This document shows, piece by piece, positions 1 to 9,220 of a DNA stretch of 64,000 nucleotides. The notes under the pieces were generated by a model. That model saw nothing but the letters and a program-made list of their open reading frames with translations. It did no database searches and was not told where the DNA came from. This stretch comes from an uncultured Candidatus Saccharibacteria bacterium (GTDB taxonomy: Bacteria; Patescibacteriota; Minisyncoccia; Phycocordibacterales; UBA2100), in contig CAYWZA010000003.1 in the NCBI GenBank assembly GCA_964462785.1, positions 1 to 64,000 on the forward strand, given 5' to 3'. Within the stretch, counting starts at the first letter, position 1; each line of letters opens with the position of its first letter. A program made the translations under genes and the position numbers.

Positions 1-50
1 ACACTAGGCTGGTAATGTACAAGGTTGGTGTTCAAAAATATGGGGGAGGG

Positions 51-392
51 TCAAAATTCCTCACCGAAATCCTTCAGAAGTTCGAAGTCGAACTCACCAA
101 GATTCTTGTTAAGTCGTACATTCAGTTCTTTCTCTTTCTCAATGTCAGGGATGTTCACGTAGACCACGGGCATCTCAGTGAAGCCGAGGTCTTTGGCGAC
201 CTTCAATCGGAAGTGTCCGCCGATAACAGTGTTCATCCGCTCCTTTGCGGAGTTACAAATGATAGGGTCAACCAATCCGAATCTAGTAATCGATTCTTTA
301 AGCGCATTAGTTTGCGCTTCATTCCACTTGCGTGGGTTGTATGTACTCGGGTTTAGAGAACCAACGGGTACATATGTAACTTTCATGTCCAT
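51..392 (-). CDS. ParB N-terminal (ParB/Sulfiredoxin) domain protein, probably a truncated ParB-DNA methylase of phage/ICE type
   Basis: YNPRKW...LKESITRFGLVDPII...IGGHFRLKVAKDLG motif; stops right after the ParB domain. Confidence 0.75.
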   Translation of the reverse strand: MDMKVTYVPVGSLNPSTYNPRKWNEAQTNALKESITRFGLVDPIICNSAKERMNTVIGGHFRLKVAKDLGFTEMPVVYVNIPDIEKEKELNVRLNKNLGEFDFELLKDFGEEF

Positions 393-689
393 ATGTTTTT
401 TGTTGAGTTAAATTCATAAATCCGTTAGTTCTCAATTAGTTAAATAAAAAACGGCGCGCTTGTAGCGACATGAGATTTAGAATCGACCTATCTCAAGTCA
501 CTCAATCAGCTTCACCGTTAGTATCTTCTTTCGAAGTATTTTAAGTATGAGTGATTCTTTTTTTATCCGCAAATAGAGTTTTGCAACGATGGTAAATTAC
601 AAAAATGGCGACGAAATTTTTGCAGAATGCTCACCAAGAATCACCTGCAACTATCGTAAATTGGGGCTGTGGATATCTATGAAGGTTAG

Positions 690-1499
690 CTACCCCCTAA
701 CCTGATTAACAGTTTCAGCAATCACATCTAAAATTTCCTCCATTGTATTCTGTCCACCACTGAGAAAATCCCAAAATTCAGAAGCTATTAAAATTTCATC
801 ATGCGCAAAAAACTTTTTGAATTCGATTAGATAATCAAAAAATCTTGTTTTATCAAAACCTGTTGGTGTTGGAGAAGTGGGGTCAAAAGGAAAACCAACT
901 AAAAATCGTACCCTCTTACCGGAATGCTGTAATTTAAGCGCTGCTTTTCCATATAAAATCTTTTGCTTTTCTCCACGGCCCTCTCCTGAGTTTGGACGGA
1001 CAGACTTTAATTCTATCGCAATGATTTCATCATCCTCTTCAATAAAAGTATCGACAGTAAAAGGGAGAGAGTCAATTTCTGCGTCTTGTGGATCAAATGT
1101 AAGCACCAGATCATCTTCTCGAATCAAATCTGGTAAATGCGTCCCTGCCTTTAGGTCGCGAATAATGTTCTCAATGTGCTCTGCCTGAGTTCTTTTTACC
1201 TTAAGTCTATAAGAGTCTGTAAATTTACGCTTATACCCCCCTGATAAAATATGAGATATATTCTCAAAACCACTACCAAGTGAGGTATTTAGTCCGTGAA
1301 GCCAGCTGGCAATTGCAACAAGATACGGTGTCTCGATATTTAGCGAGCCGAGGCGCTCGTTGAAACATTCAAGAAAAGCCGTATGAAATGGGGCGTTACG
1401 AATTTCTGCACCGACTTCGGGAAAATTTTCTATTCTGCGCAAAAGAATATCTTTTACAACTTCGCTTATTCTATTTTTTTGATCTTGAGTTAAAGCCAT
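690..1499 (-). CDS. Type II restriction endonuclease, TdeIII/MjaII-like family
   Basis: PD-(D/E)xK-like VD...IELKSVRPN; GLNTSLGSGFE; adjacent to MTase. Confidence 0.75.
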   Translation of the reverse strand: MALTQDQKNRISEVVKDILLRRIENFPEVGAEIRNAPFHTAFLECFNERLGSLNIETPYLVAIASWLHGLNTSLGSGFENISHILSGGYKRKFTDSYRLKVKRTQAEHIENIIRDLKAGTHLPDLIREDDLVLTFDPQDAEIDSLPFTVDTFIEEDDEIIAIELKSVRPNSGEGRGEKQKILYGKAALKLQHSGKRVRFLVGFPFDPTSPTPTGFDKTRFFDYLIEFKKFFAHDEILIASEFWDFLSGGQNTMEEILDVIAETVNQVRG

Positions 1500-1502
1500 A
1501 AA

Positions 1503-3077
1503 TTATTTTGATTTAAAATGAAAAATTATTTCGGAATATGGATTCCTGTCTCGCTCCGTTCGATTCAAAACGGGTCTTTTAAATTGATTGACAATCTTCA
1601 TCCCAGATTTTTCCGCAATTTCTGGATAGAGATTATATTTATCATTTGCTACAAGGAAAATATCATAATCATCTTTTAGATATTTCTTACAGTTATTTAG
1701 CACATCGGCTATTCCTTGAGAATATGACCTGCGTGCCTCCTGTCCTTGTCCTTTGAAAAGAGGGCCAATTTCTAAATCATCTTTTCTTTTAAATCCTAAC
1801 AAATCGTAAGCATAGGCGTGTTGTTCGTGATAATCTATTTGCCCAACATACGGAGGAGAGCAAAATATACCCGAAATTTTTTGTTTTTTCAGAATCTTTG
1901 CAAATTCATGGTTTTGTTTCTCAACTTTTTCAAAAATATCAACAAACCTTGAGTCGCCAGTAATAGCCGAATAGTGAGCTGGTTTTCGCAACCTTTCAAA
2001 TTCTTTAATTCTTGAAACCGTGTCATATGCATAGCGATTAAGCATTGTTTTTATAGAAAACAACGGCTTGCAAATCTTTTTGTGCTTATAGCAATAATAT
2101 GTAGTTAATTGTGGCTCTTTTAGGGTAGCGAGATCACTGTGTGTCGTGGCTCGGCACGATCTAATTGTTCGACTCAAAATCAGAGCCAAAATCTTTTTTG
2201 TTTTTATGTCTTTTTCTTGTTTTATAGTATTAAAAACATGATCAATTTCTTTTCTCACATTATCCATAAACCAAGTATCTAAAAATGAATCGGTTTTATC
2301 CTGTTTCAGCTTTATTGAATATTTCTTTAGTAATTTCTGGTATATAGGTAAAAACTCTTTCTCTTTTTCAGAAGAGAATATTTTCTCATTAAAATTACCT
2401 TGATTTAATTTATATTTGAAATCTGAGCCGGGAAAATGCTTATTATTAAACTTTGCGAGCTCTGCCAACAGCTCTGTTTCAAATTCTTGAATTTTATTAT
2501 CGTGCTCAAAAGTATCTATTGCCGCGAGCATTTTTTTTATCGCTTTTTGCAGATAATCGTGATCATAGTTTGTTGCTTTGCAACTTGCAATCATGCAATT
2601 AAACTCAGACACATCAATACCAACGGAATGAATACCCATTTCTAGTGCTTGAATAATTGTTGTGCCTGAACCCAGAAAAGGATCAAGAACTATATCGCCA
2701 GTTTTAAAATAAACATCCTTTTTAAAATCATCAGTATGTGAATCAATAAAATATTCGACGAGTTGAGGAATGTATTTTCCTTTATAAGGGTGAAGTCGGT
2801 GGACATGCTTCGTGGTATCTTTCTCACGTAAATTATCAAAGGAAAGCGTCCAGTTTAAATCATTCCCCAAGTTCTTTTTCCAGCTGATTTCGCGTTTCCC
2901 GTTATATGATTCGTAATATTTTTTTAGATCACCCAAATCAACCATCGTGGAGCCATTTTCACCATGTTTTTTTACCTTGCCATATTGCACGAGGTAGGAA
3001 ATATTTGTCGGTGAAACCTCCTTTTCAAGGTAATCAGTAGCCCACTTTGATGCTTCGGGTATTGATACTAGTGACAT
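1503..3077 (-). CDS. Site-specific DNA methyltransferase (N4-cytosine type) with N-terminal HTH
   Basis: Motif I DPFLGSGTT, catalytic SPPY, HRLHPYKGKY; N-terminal SIPEASKWAT...ISYLVQYG HTH-like segment. Confidence 0.9.
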   Translation of the reverse strand: MSLVSIPEASKWATDYLEKEVSPTNISYLVQYGKVKKHGENGSTMVDLGDLKKYYESYNGKREISWKKNLGNDLNWTLSFDNLREKDTTKHVHRLHPYKGKYIPQLVEYFIDSHTDDFKKDVYFKTGDIVLDPFLGSGTTIIQALEMGIHSVGIDVSEFNCMIASCKATNYDHDYLQKAIKKMLAAIDTFEHDNKIQEFETELLAELAKFNNKHFPGSDFKYKLNQGNFNEKIFSSEKEKEFLPIYQKLLKKYSIKLKQDKTDSFLDTWFMDNVRKEIDHVFNTIKQEKDIKTKKILALILSRTIRSCRATTHSDLATLKEPQLTTYYCYKHKKICKPLFSIKTMLNRYAYDTVSRIKEFERLRKPAHYSAITGDSRFVDIFEKVEKQNHEFAKILKKQKISGIFCSPPYVGQIDYHEQHAYAYDLLGFKRKDDLEIGPLFKGQGQEARRSYSQGIADVLNNCKKYLKDDYDIFLVANDKYNLYPEIAEKSGMKIVNQFKRPVLNRTERDRNPYSEIIFHFKSK

Positions 3078-3095
3078 AAGTTTATTTTATCAGAT

Positions 3096-3731
3096 TTATT
3101 TGACTATTGGCTTCTTAATTACCTCAACTACTTTTCCATTGACTAAAATATTGTCATCTTCGTGAACAAAAATGGGAGAATATTCTTGTGTTGACTCAGA
3201 CATTAGAAGAATTTGTGAGTTCTTGCTGTCCCAAACATATTTTTTTATGTTTGCCATATTATCAATTATAGAAACAATGTAATCGCCGTCACGGGGCACC
3301 ACAGAACCACTGTCAACAATGACAAAATCTCCTTCCTCAATATTTTTTCCATTGATAGAAGCTTTATTCAAAGAATTTCCCTCGGCTCGAAGTGCAAAGA
3401 GATGTTCCTTTTTAGGTAAAAGTTTCTTAGATATCTTTAAGTACCCCTCTATGTTTTCTTCCGCATATATTGTCCGTGGCCCACAATTAGCTGAACCCAT
3501 AATTGGTACAGATATAAACAAATTTGAACTACTTACTTTGCCACTGACCCTACTTATTAAAGCTTTGTTTTTATCGACAACAATAAAACCCTTCCGTTCA
3601 AGTTGAAAAAGATGATGCTTTATTTTTTGGGGGAGCTTCTCGTCAATAAGTGCTCCTATATCCCGTAAGGTCATGCCACCTATATTTTTTGTCTCGATCA
3701 ATCGCAAGAGTTTTTCTTGTATTGGATGCAT
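3096..3731 (-). CDS. LexA-like repressor (wHTH + S24 autopeptidase)
   Basis: wHTH TLRDIG...HHLFQLERKGFI; VPIMGSANCG cleavage region; catalytic Ser (GNSL) and Lys (NIKK). Confidence 0.85.
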   Translation of the reverse strand: MHPIQEKLLRLIETKNIGGMTLRDIGALIDEKLPQKIKHHLFQLERKGFIVVDKNKALISRVSGKVSSSNLFISVPIMGSANCGPRTIYAEENIEGYLKISKKLLPKKEHLFALRAEGNSLNKASINGKNIEEGDFVIVDSGSVVPRDGDYIVSIIDNMANIKKYVWDSKNSQILLMSESTQEYSPIFVHEDDNILVNGKVVEVIKKPIVK

Positions 3732-3879
3732 AGGTACAGTATACGTGTTCTGTCAAAAGTAATCAACAAGTTGTCCACAGATATGACAGAGTTGACAGGA
3801 TATATCTGCAGGTGAGAAAATATAGGCACGTCCTCGGTGTCGACGGGCTCTTAATAATAACGGTAGTCAGAACAACTTC

Positions 3880-4170
3880 ATGGCATTCGTACAACAAGCA
3901 CCAAGACTCTTCACGAAGCAAAACATCGAGGCAATAACCCCAAACCAATACGGTGTGTACGGCATATTCAGCCAAAATCGCTGGATTTACGTTGGTAAGG
4001 GTGATATTCGCACAAGACTCCTCTCTCACCTGAATGGTGATAACCCGCTCATTCTTAGAGCTGGTCCCACACATTGGGTAGATGAGGTTTGTGCAGATCC
4101 GCAGATGAGTGTTCGTGAGAAGCAATTAATACTGGAACTACAGCCAGTCTGTAACCAGAAAGTCGGTTAA
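3880..4170 (+). CDS. Small GIY-YIG-like nuclease domain protein
   Basis: GVYGIF...IYVGKG.IRTRL..H...REKQLI...QPVCN pattern. Confidence 0.65.
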   Translation: MAFVQQAPRLFTKQNIEAITPNQYGVYGIFSQNRWIYVGKGDIRTRLLSHLNGDNPLILRAGPTHWVDEVCADPQMSVREKQLILELQPVCNQKVG

Positions 4171-4195
4171 ATTATTAGCACTAAGCAGTTTTCGC

Positions 4196-4402
4196 ATGGC
4201 AAAATATAATCGCAACGCGGGCAAACACTGGACACCACAAGAAGAGCACAAACTTGTCCAAATGGCTCACGGGAATACCCCAACCCGAGTTATCGGACTT
4301 AAACTTGGAAGACCTGCCGGTGGGGTAACTTCAAAGGCTCAAGAATTGAAAGTGAGTCTCAGACCAGTAAATCAGTCGCCCTACAACCGAAGAAAGAAAT
4401 AA
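4196..4402 (+). CDS. Small basic HTH/Myb-like hypothetical protein
   Basis: WTPQEE...TRVIGLKLGR HTH-like pattern; clean ORF. Confidence 0.7.
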   Translation: MAKYNRNAGKHWTPQEEHKLVQMAHGNTPTRVIGLKLGRPAGGVTSKAQELKVSLRPVNQSPYNRRKK

Positions 4403-4522
4403 CTTTCGTGGGTACTTGGAAAAAGCGACCTAGTAGTTAGAGCTTGATCGCCTGAGGTTGTCGGAATTGTCAAAACGGTAAATTGGCTTGGCTGAGATAG
4501 CGATCGAAAGGCGCACCTTCTC

Positions 4523-4549
4523 GAAACACCCCTTGATGGGGTGTTTTTC
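4523..4549 (+). terminator. Rho-independent terminator-like hairpin
   Basis: GAAACACCCC-TTGAT-GGGGTGTTTTTC. Confidence 0.55.
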
Positions 4550-4745
4550 GTTCACTAGACACTTTTCAATCCTTTTATAGTGTCTATCGTGTCTATTGAG
4601 ACCGACCCACATGCCTCAAATTCGCAAGTGGAGAAATCCCTCAAAAACCCTTACAATGATTGGTATGTACGGGCACTTAACCCAAATTCACCGCAGATAG
4701 AAACTTCGAGTTCGGACTGGCTGAACATCTTAAGAAAAAATCACT

Positions 4746-4890
4746 ATGAAATATGTCGCACTGCTGCGGGGTATCAACGTTGGCGGCAACAATATCATCA
4801 AGATGACAGCGCTCAAGGCATGTTTTGAAGACATGGGATTTAGTAATGTCCGGACCGTGATCGCGAGCGGCAATGTTCTTTTTGAATCCC
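4746..4890 (+). pseudogene. DUF1697 family protein, N-terminal fragment
   Basis: MKYVALLRGINVGGNN...SGNVLFES is the DUF1697 N-terminus; resemblance ends after ~48 aa. Confidence 0.8.
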
Positions 4891-4895
4891 GGGGC

Positions 4896-4981
4896 AGCGC
4901 CGCGACACTAATACCCGGCACAATATTCACCGTCAGATATACAGCAACTGCGAGCGCGAGCAAGCGGATGATGAAAGACAT
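4896..4981 (-). pseudogene. Phage holin family (YvlD/DUF360-like) membrane protein, N-terminal fragment
   Basis: MSFIIRLLALAVAVYLTVNIVPGISV resembles the 4-TM holin family N-terminus; reads into the antisense of DUF1697 afterwards. Confidence 0.6.
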
Positions 4982-5014
4982 GTTTTTATCTTAACACGAT
5001 GTTATGCTGTGTTG

Positions 5015-5548
5015 ATGAAGAAAGTCATTGTCGCAACTGCTGTGTTCATCCTTGTTATCGTCGGGCTCTTTGTGTTTAATGCATATACCTATACTGAAAA
5101 TCCTGCAGATGAGGGTCTTTTCACCGATTACAAAACCGGGCGCTATCTGATAAGTGGCACACCAATGCAACTTGGCATGAATGGCGTACGATATTTTGGT
5201 AACGAAGTACTGGCTGATATCGATAACGACGGGGATCAGGATGTTGCATTTTTAATAACGCAGGAGCGCGGTGAGGATGGGGTGCGCTTTTTCCTTGCGG
5301 GGGCACTTAAGGAGGAGGGTGGGTATCGCGGATCGCAAGCAATGATGATCGGTGACAACATCGCCCCACAAACCACCGAATGGCGCGATGGTTTGGTGCT
5401 TATCAATTTTGCGGAGCGCAGAGCCAATGAACCGCTCACCACGCCGCCACACATGGGCAGAAGCATCTACGCAAAGTACTCCCCCACCGCCAACGACTTT
5501 GGCGAGGTGGTGCAAAATTTCGAGGGCGAATCCGCAAACGGACGGTGA
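5015..5548 (+). CDS. Hypothetical membrane-anchored exported protein
   Basis: N-terminal TM; DIDNDGDQD Ca-binding-like loop; TATGCT -10 six nt before ATG. Confidence 0.75.
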   Translation: MKKVIVATAVFILVIVGLFVFNAYTYTENPADEGLFTDYKTGRYLISGTPMQLGMNGVRYFGNEVLADIDNDGDQDVAFLITQERGEDGVRFFLAGALKEEGGYRGSQAMMIGDNIAPQTTEWRDGLVLINFAERRANEPLTTPPHMGRSIYAKYSPTANDFGEVVQNFEGESANGR

Positions 5549-5575
5549 ACACATTCAGACTGGTATCATATACAT

Positions 5576-5902
5576 ATGGATCTTACACAAAAACACTGCG
5601 TGCCATGCGAGGGTGGTGTGATGCCGCTTTTCAAACAGGACGCCGAGGAGATGCTGAAGCAGATACCGGAATGGACGCTCTGGCCTGATGCGAAAACAAT
5701 TTCGCGAGAGTTTTCTTTTAAGGATTTTAAGGGCGCATTTGCGTTTGCGACGAAAGTCGCCGAGCTTGCCGAAGCCGAGGGGCACCACCCCGATATGCTC
5801 ATTTCATGGGGCAAGGTCGGCATTGAGCTTTCGACACACGCGATCGGCGGTCTCTCGGAAAATGATTTCATACTTGCAGCGAAAATAGATGCAGTGGTAT
5901 AG
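5576..5902 (+). CDS. phhB: Pterin-4-alpha-carbinolamine dehydratase
   Basis: CVPCEGG, AEAEGHHPD, THAIGGLSENDFILAAKID. Confidence 0.95.
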   Translation: MDLTQKHCVPCEGGVMPLFKQDAEEMLKQIPEWTLWPDAKTISREFSFKDFKGAFAFATKVAELAEAEGHHPDMLISWGKVGIELSTHAIGGLSENDFILAAKIDAVV

Positions 5903-5977
5903 CCGCCGGTGCGGGTAAAAAAATTTTCTATCCACATCCCTCTCTAGCGCGTGCATGCAGAGCGCTATACTGAATGC

Positions 5978-6250
5978 ATGATGTATAACAATGATTTCGG
6001 GGGCGGAGCAATGATGGGTCAGGAGGCGTTTAATCTGCCGTTCTTTGATCCGACGTGGTTCATTATTTTCCTGCTCTGGACGCTCGTCTGGAAAGGGCTC
6101 GCGCTCTGGCATGCCGCACAGCGCGAGGATAAGCTCTGGTTCATTGCCCTCCTCGTCATCAATACCGCCGGACTGCTTGAAATTATTTATTTGTTCTTCG
6201 TAGCGAAAAAGAAATTCACCGATTTGTTTCCGGTGGGAGAGATTAAATAG
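5978..6250 (+). CDS. DUF5652 family small membrane protein
   Basis: WTLVWKGLALWHAAQ...WFIALLVINTAGLLEIIYL. Confidence 0.85.
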   Translation: MMYNNDFGGGAMMGQEAFNLPFFDPTWFIIFLLWTLVWKGLALWHAAQREDKLWFIALLVINTAGLLEIIYLFFVAKKKFTDLFPVGEIK

Positions 6251-6265
6251 GTACTCCAATTGAAA

Positions 6266-6291
6266 AACCACCCCATGTTCATGGGGTGGTT
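6266..6291. terminator. Hairpin between convergent genes
   Basis: 12-bp perfect inverted repeat AACCACCCCATG/CATGGGGTGGTT overlapping rhodanese stop. Confidence 0.7.
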
Positions 6292-6821
6292 GGTTTTCTG
6301 CGTTCGCTGTTGTTTCTTCGCCGACTTTTTCGCTCATCTGGTACACTGCCAAGTCCGCCAGACAAATTCACCGGTCGAAAGCCGAGCTCGAGAAGTATCT
6401 CGCATGCGCGCTCACTACGCACACCACCAGCACACATAACCAATACTTCCCCTGTCCTATTTTTTTCCTCAGACACCCATTTGAGCTGCGAAGATGCTTT
6501 CACATCAGTCCGAAATTGCTCCTCGTTTTTATAATCAAACGGAATGTATGCTATGACAGTATTGCCTGAAAATCGCAGCCATACGTCCTGCGTCTCCGCA
6601 TCTGAGCGCACATCGAGTATGCACGGTGAGGAATGCCCATTGAGATACGTTCCCAGCGCGTCTGCTTCACTGCTGGGAAACGGTTTCCGTATTTTCAGGA
6701 CATTAGGGATTTTCGGAATATTGGGAACACGAACCGTGGGTGGCATATTGACACCTTTCCGTGCCATCCAAAGCGCGACACCGACAATGACTATTGTCAC
6801 TAGTGCCGAAACAAGCAGCAT
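6279..6821 (-). CDS. Membrane-anchored rhodanese-like domain protein
   Basis: ILDVRS, active-site loop MCAGGVRS, NLSGGL; N-terminal TM; SD GGGAGG upstream. Confidence 0.8.
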   Translation of the reverse strand: MLLVSALVTIVIVGVALWMARKGVNMPPTVRVPNIPKIPNVLKIRKPFPSSEADALGTYLNGHSSPCILDVRSDAETQDVWLRFSGNTVIAYIPFDYKNEEQFRTDVKASSQLKWVSEEKNRTGEVLVMCAGGVRSERACEILLELGFRPVNLSGGLGSVPDERKSRRRNNSERRKPTTP

Positions 6822-6905
6822 ATTCGCCTCCCTATGTAACGATCTGTTCCCATCCTAGCAGAACCGCGACTAGTGTACACACTGTGACATTGCTACAATC
6901 CTTCC

Positions 6906-9047
6906 ATGCACACAAGCGATCTGCTGGAGAATCTGTTTCGATTGGCGGCGCCGCAAAGATCGGCGCTGCGTCGACTCGGAATCCTAACGGTGCACGATCT
7001 GCTCTACCATTTCCCTGCGCGTTATGATGCCCCCGGAACGACAGGGACGGTGAGTAATTTGCGGCACGGCGAGAAAGTAACACTCTACGGCACACTCTCG
7101 AAAGTCGAAGCGAAGCGCCTCTGGAAAAGCCGCCGCCCCGCTGCTGAAGGTATGTTCGAAGACGGCACAGGGCGCGTGAAAGTACTGTGGTTCAACCAGC
7201 CCTATCTGGCAAAGATGGTTCCGCAGCAGGTGATGGTGAAGCTCACCGGCACCGTCGCAGGAAACGACCGCCCGTATATCACCAATCCTGAGATCGAGCC
7301 GATCGCGAATAGTGCTATTCCTGAAAGGCTGTTTTCGAGAGATGCGCCGACAAACAGCTCTGAGATCTTTCCGGTGTATCCGGAATCGCACGGCATCACA
7401 AGCCGCTGGATGTATCACGCGCTCAAGAAAATTTTTGAGAGCGGTGTGCTCAACGAGCTCGAGGATCCGCTGCCGGATAGTGCCCGCGAACGCTATCATT
7501 TACCTGATCTGAAGACTGCGCTCGTGTGGGTGCATATGCCTAAATCAAAGCGTGACGCTGAGGCGGCGCGTAAACGATTTTCGTTTGAAGAAATTTTCAC
7601 CATCCAGCTTGCCCGTGCGCTCGAGCGCAAAGAGAATGACACACAATCATCGTTTTCGATCACCGTCGATGATGCGCGTATCCGCGCGTTCATAGAAACA
7701 CTCCCCTTCCCGCTCACCACGGCGCAGGAGCGCGCCATCGCCGATATCCTTGCGGATTTTAAAAAGCCGCACCCGATGGCGCGCCTCCTTGAGGGCGATG
7801 TCGGCTCGGGTAAAACGGTAGTCGCTGCGGTAAGTGCGTACGCCGCCGTCACTTCTCGCCCCAAAAACCGCATGAGCGGCACACTGCAAGTCGCCTACAT
7901 GGCACCGACTGAAATCCTCGCTGCGCAGCACTTTCAATCGTTCATCGAATTCTTTAAGGAGCTCCCGATTAATATCGGGCTCATCACGGGGAGCGGCTGC
8001 TATAAATTTCCTTCGAAAGCCAATCGGGACAAGCCGACACCAATATCACGTGCACAGCTTTTGAAGTGGGTCGCGAACGGTGAAATTGCATTTCTGATCG
8101 GCACGCATGCGCTTATACAGAAAAGTGTGAAATTCGCGCACTTAGCGTACGCGATCGTTGATGAACAGCATCGCTTTGGCACCGCCCAGCGCAAAAAACT
8201 CGCACACAAAGGCGATGCGCCTCCGCATTTTCTTTCAATGACCGCAACACCTATTCCGCGCACGCTCGCGCTCACTATGTACGGCGATTTGGATCTCTCC
8301 ATTCTAGATGAGCTACCGAAAAATCGCGCGGGCGTCGAAACGCTCATTGTCCCCAAGGAGAAGCGCACTGGCGCATACGAAGCAATGCGTGCAGAAATCG
8401 CATCGGGCAGGCAGGCATATGTCATCTGCCCGCGCATTGACGAACCTGATCCGGAAAAAGAACTTGCCCTCCTCGTGAAATCGGCAAAGGCGGAGGCGGC
8501 TCGACTCAAAAAAGAAGTGTTTCCTGAATGTGCTGTCGGGCTCCTCCACGGTAAAATGAATCAGAAAGAAAAAGATGCGGCGATGCATGCGTTTGCATCA
8601 GGTGGCACACACATTCTCGTCGCCACATCGGTCGTCGAGGTCGGCGTAAATGTGCCAAACGCCACTATGATGATCATCGAGGGTGCGGAACGATTTGGAC
8701 TTGCACAGCTGCACCAGCTGCGCGGGCGCATATTGCGCAGTTCGCATCAGGCATATTGCTATCTCTTCCCCACTGGTGCTGCGGGAGTCAAAAATGAGCG
8801 GCTCAAGGCAGTCGCAAAAACACGCGATGGCTTTGCCCTTGCAGAAGCAGATTTGCAATTGCGCGGCGCAGGCGATTTATATGGTCGCGCGCAGTGGGGC
8901 ATGTCGGATCTTGGTATGGAAGCGCTCAAAAACCCTCGTCTCATCGAAGCTGCGCGCGAAACAGCGCAGTCCGTTGCCCAAGGTCCCCTGAATGACTCGC
9001 TGAGAGGACGGCTCGCGCACGTGTTAGAACAACTGCACGCTGAATAG
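6906..9047 (+). CDS. recG: ATP-dependent DNA helicase RecG
   Basis: RLLEGDVGSGKT, MAPTEILA, DEQHRFG, MTATPIPRTL, GLAQLHQLRGR. Confidence 0.97.
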   Translation: MHTSDLLENLFRLAAPQRSALRRLGILTVHDLLYHFPARYDAPGTTGTVSNLRHGEKVTLYGTLSKVEAKRLWKSRRPAAEGMFEDGTGRVKVLWFNQPYLAKMVPQQVMVKLTGTVAGNDRPYITNPEIEPIANSAIPERLFSRDAPTNSSEIFPVYPESHGITSRWMYHALKKIFESGVLNELEDPLPDSARERYHLPDLKTALVWVHMPKSKRDAEAARKRFSFEEIFTIQLARALERKENDTQSSFSITVDDARIRAFIETLPFPLTTAQERAIADILADFKKPHPMARLLEGDVGSGKTVVAAVSAYAAVTSRPKNRMSGTLQVAYMAPTEILAAQHFQSFIEFFKELPINIGLITGSGCYKFPSKANRDKPTPISRAQLLKWVANGEIAFLIGTHALIQKSVKFAHLAYAIVDEQHRFGTAQRKKLAHKGDAPPHFLSMTATPIPRTLALTMYGDLDLSILDELPKNRAGVETLIVPKEKRTGAYEAMRAEIASGRQAYVICPRIDEPDPEKELALLVKSAKAEAARLKKEVFPECAVGLLHGKMNQKEKDAAMHAFASGGTHILVATSVVEVGVNVPNATMMIIEGAERFGLAQLHQLRGRILRSSHQAYCYLFPTGAAGVKNERLKAVAKTRDGFALAEADLQLRGAGDLYGRAQWGMSDLGMEALKNPRLIEAARETAQSVAQGPLNDSLRGRLAHVLEQLHAE

Positions 9048-9052
9048 CGTTA

Positions 9053-9217
9053 GAGCCTGTCTAAAGTCTCGTGGTACCCATCCCTGAAAAATGCAGGTTT
9101 TTGAGCGAAAAACGAGTCGGAGCACGAAGTGCAGCCCAAGCTGCATTGAGTGCGAGACGAGGTTTTGCAGCCAAAAACATAGCATTTTCAGGATGGGGGA
9201 AGACTTTGACAGGCTTT
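9053..9217. repeat. MITE-like long imperfect hairpin element
   Basis: Termini GAGCCTGTCTAAAGTCT / AGACTTTGACAGGCTT; nested internal stems; TA at both flanks. Confidence 0.7.
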
Positions 9218-9220
9218 AGG

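Larger units (their letters stand above)
1..4895. mobile_element. AT-rich genomic island (right end; continues past window start), carrying R-M system and phage/ICE-like genes
   Basis: Visibly more AT-rich than the rest of the window; ParB-like, R-M, LexA-like and GIY-YIG-like genes; ends at a junction of two truncated genes near 4890. Confidence 0.65.

Noticed and set aside
4580-4828. ORF resembling the C-terminal tail of a serine recombinase
   Set aside because: No catalytic or other diagnostic motif; the resemblance is too weak to call
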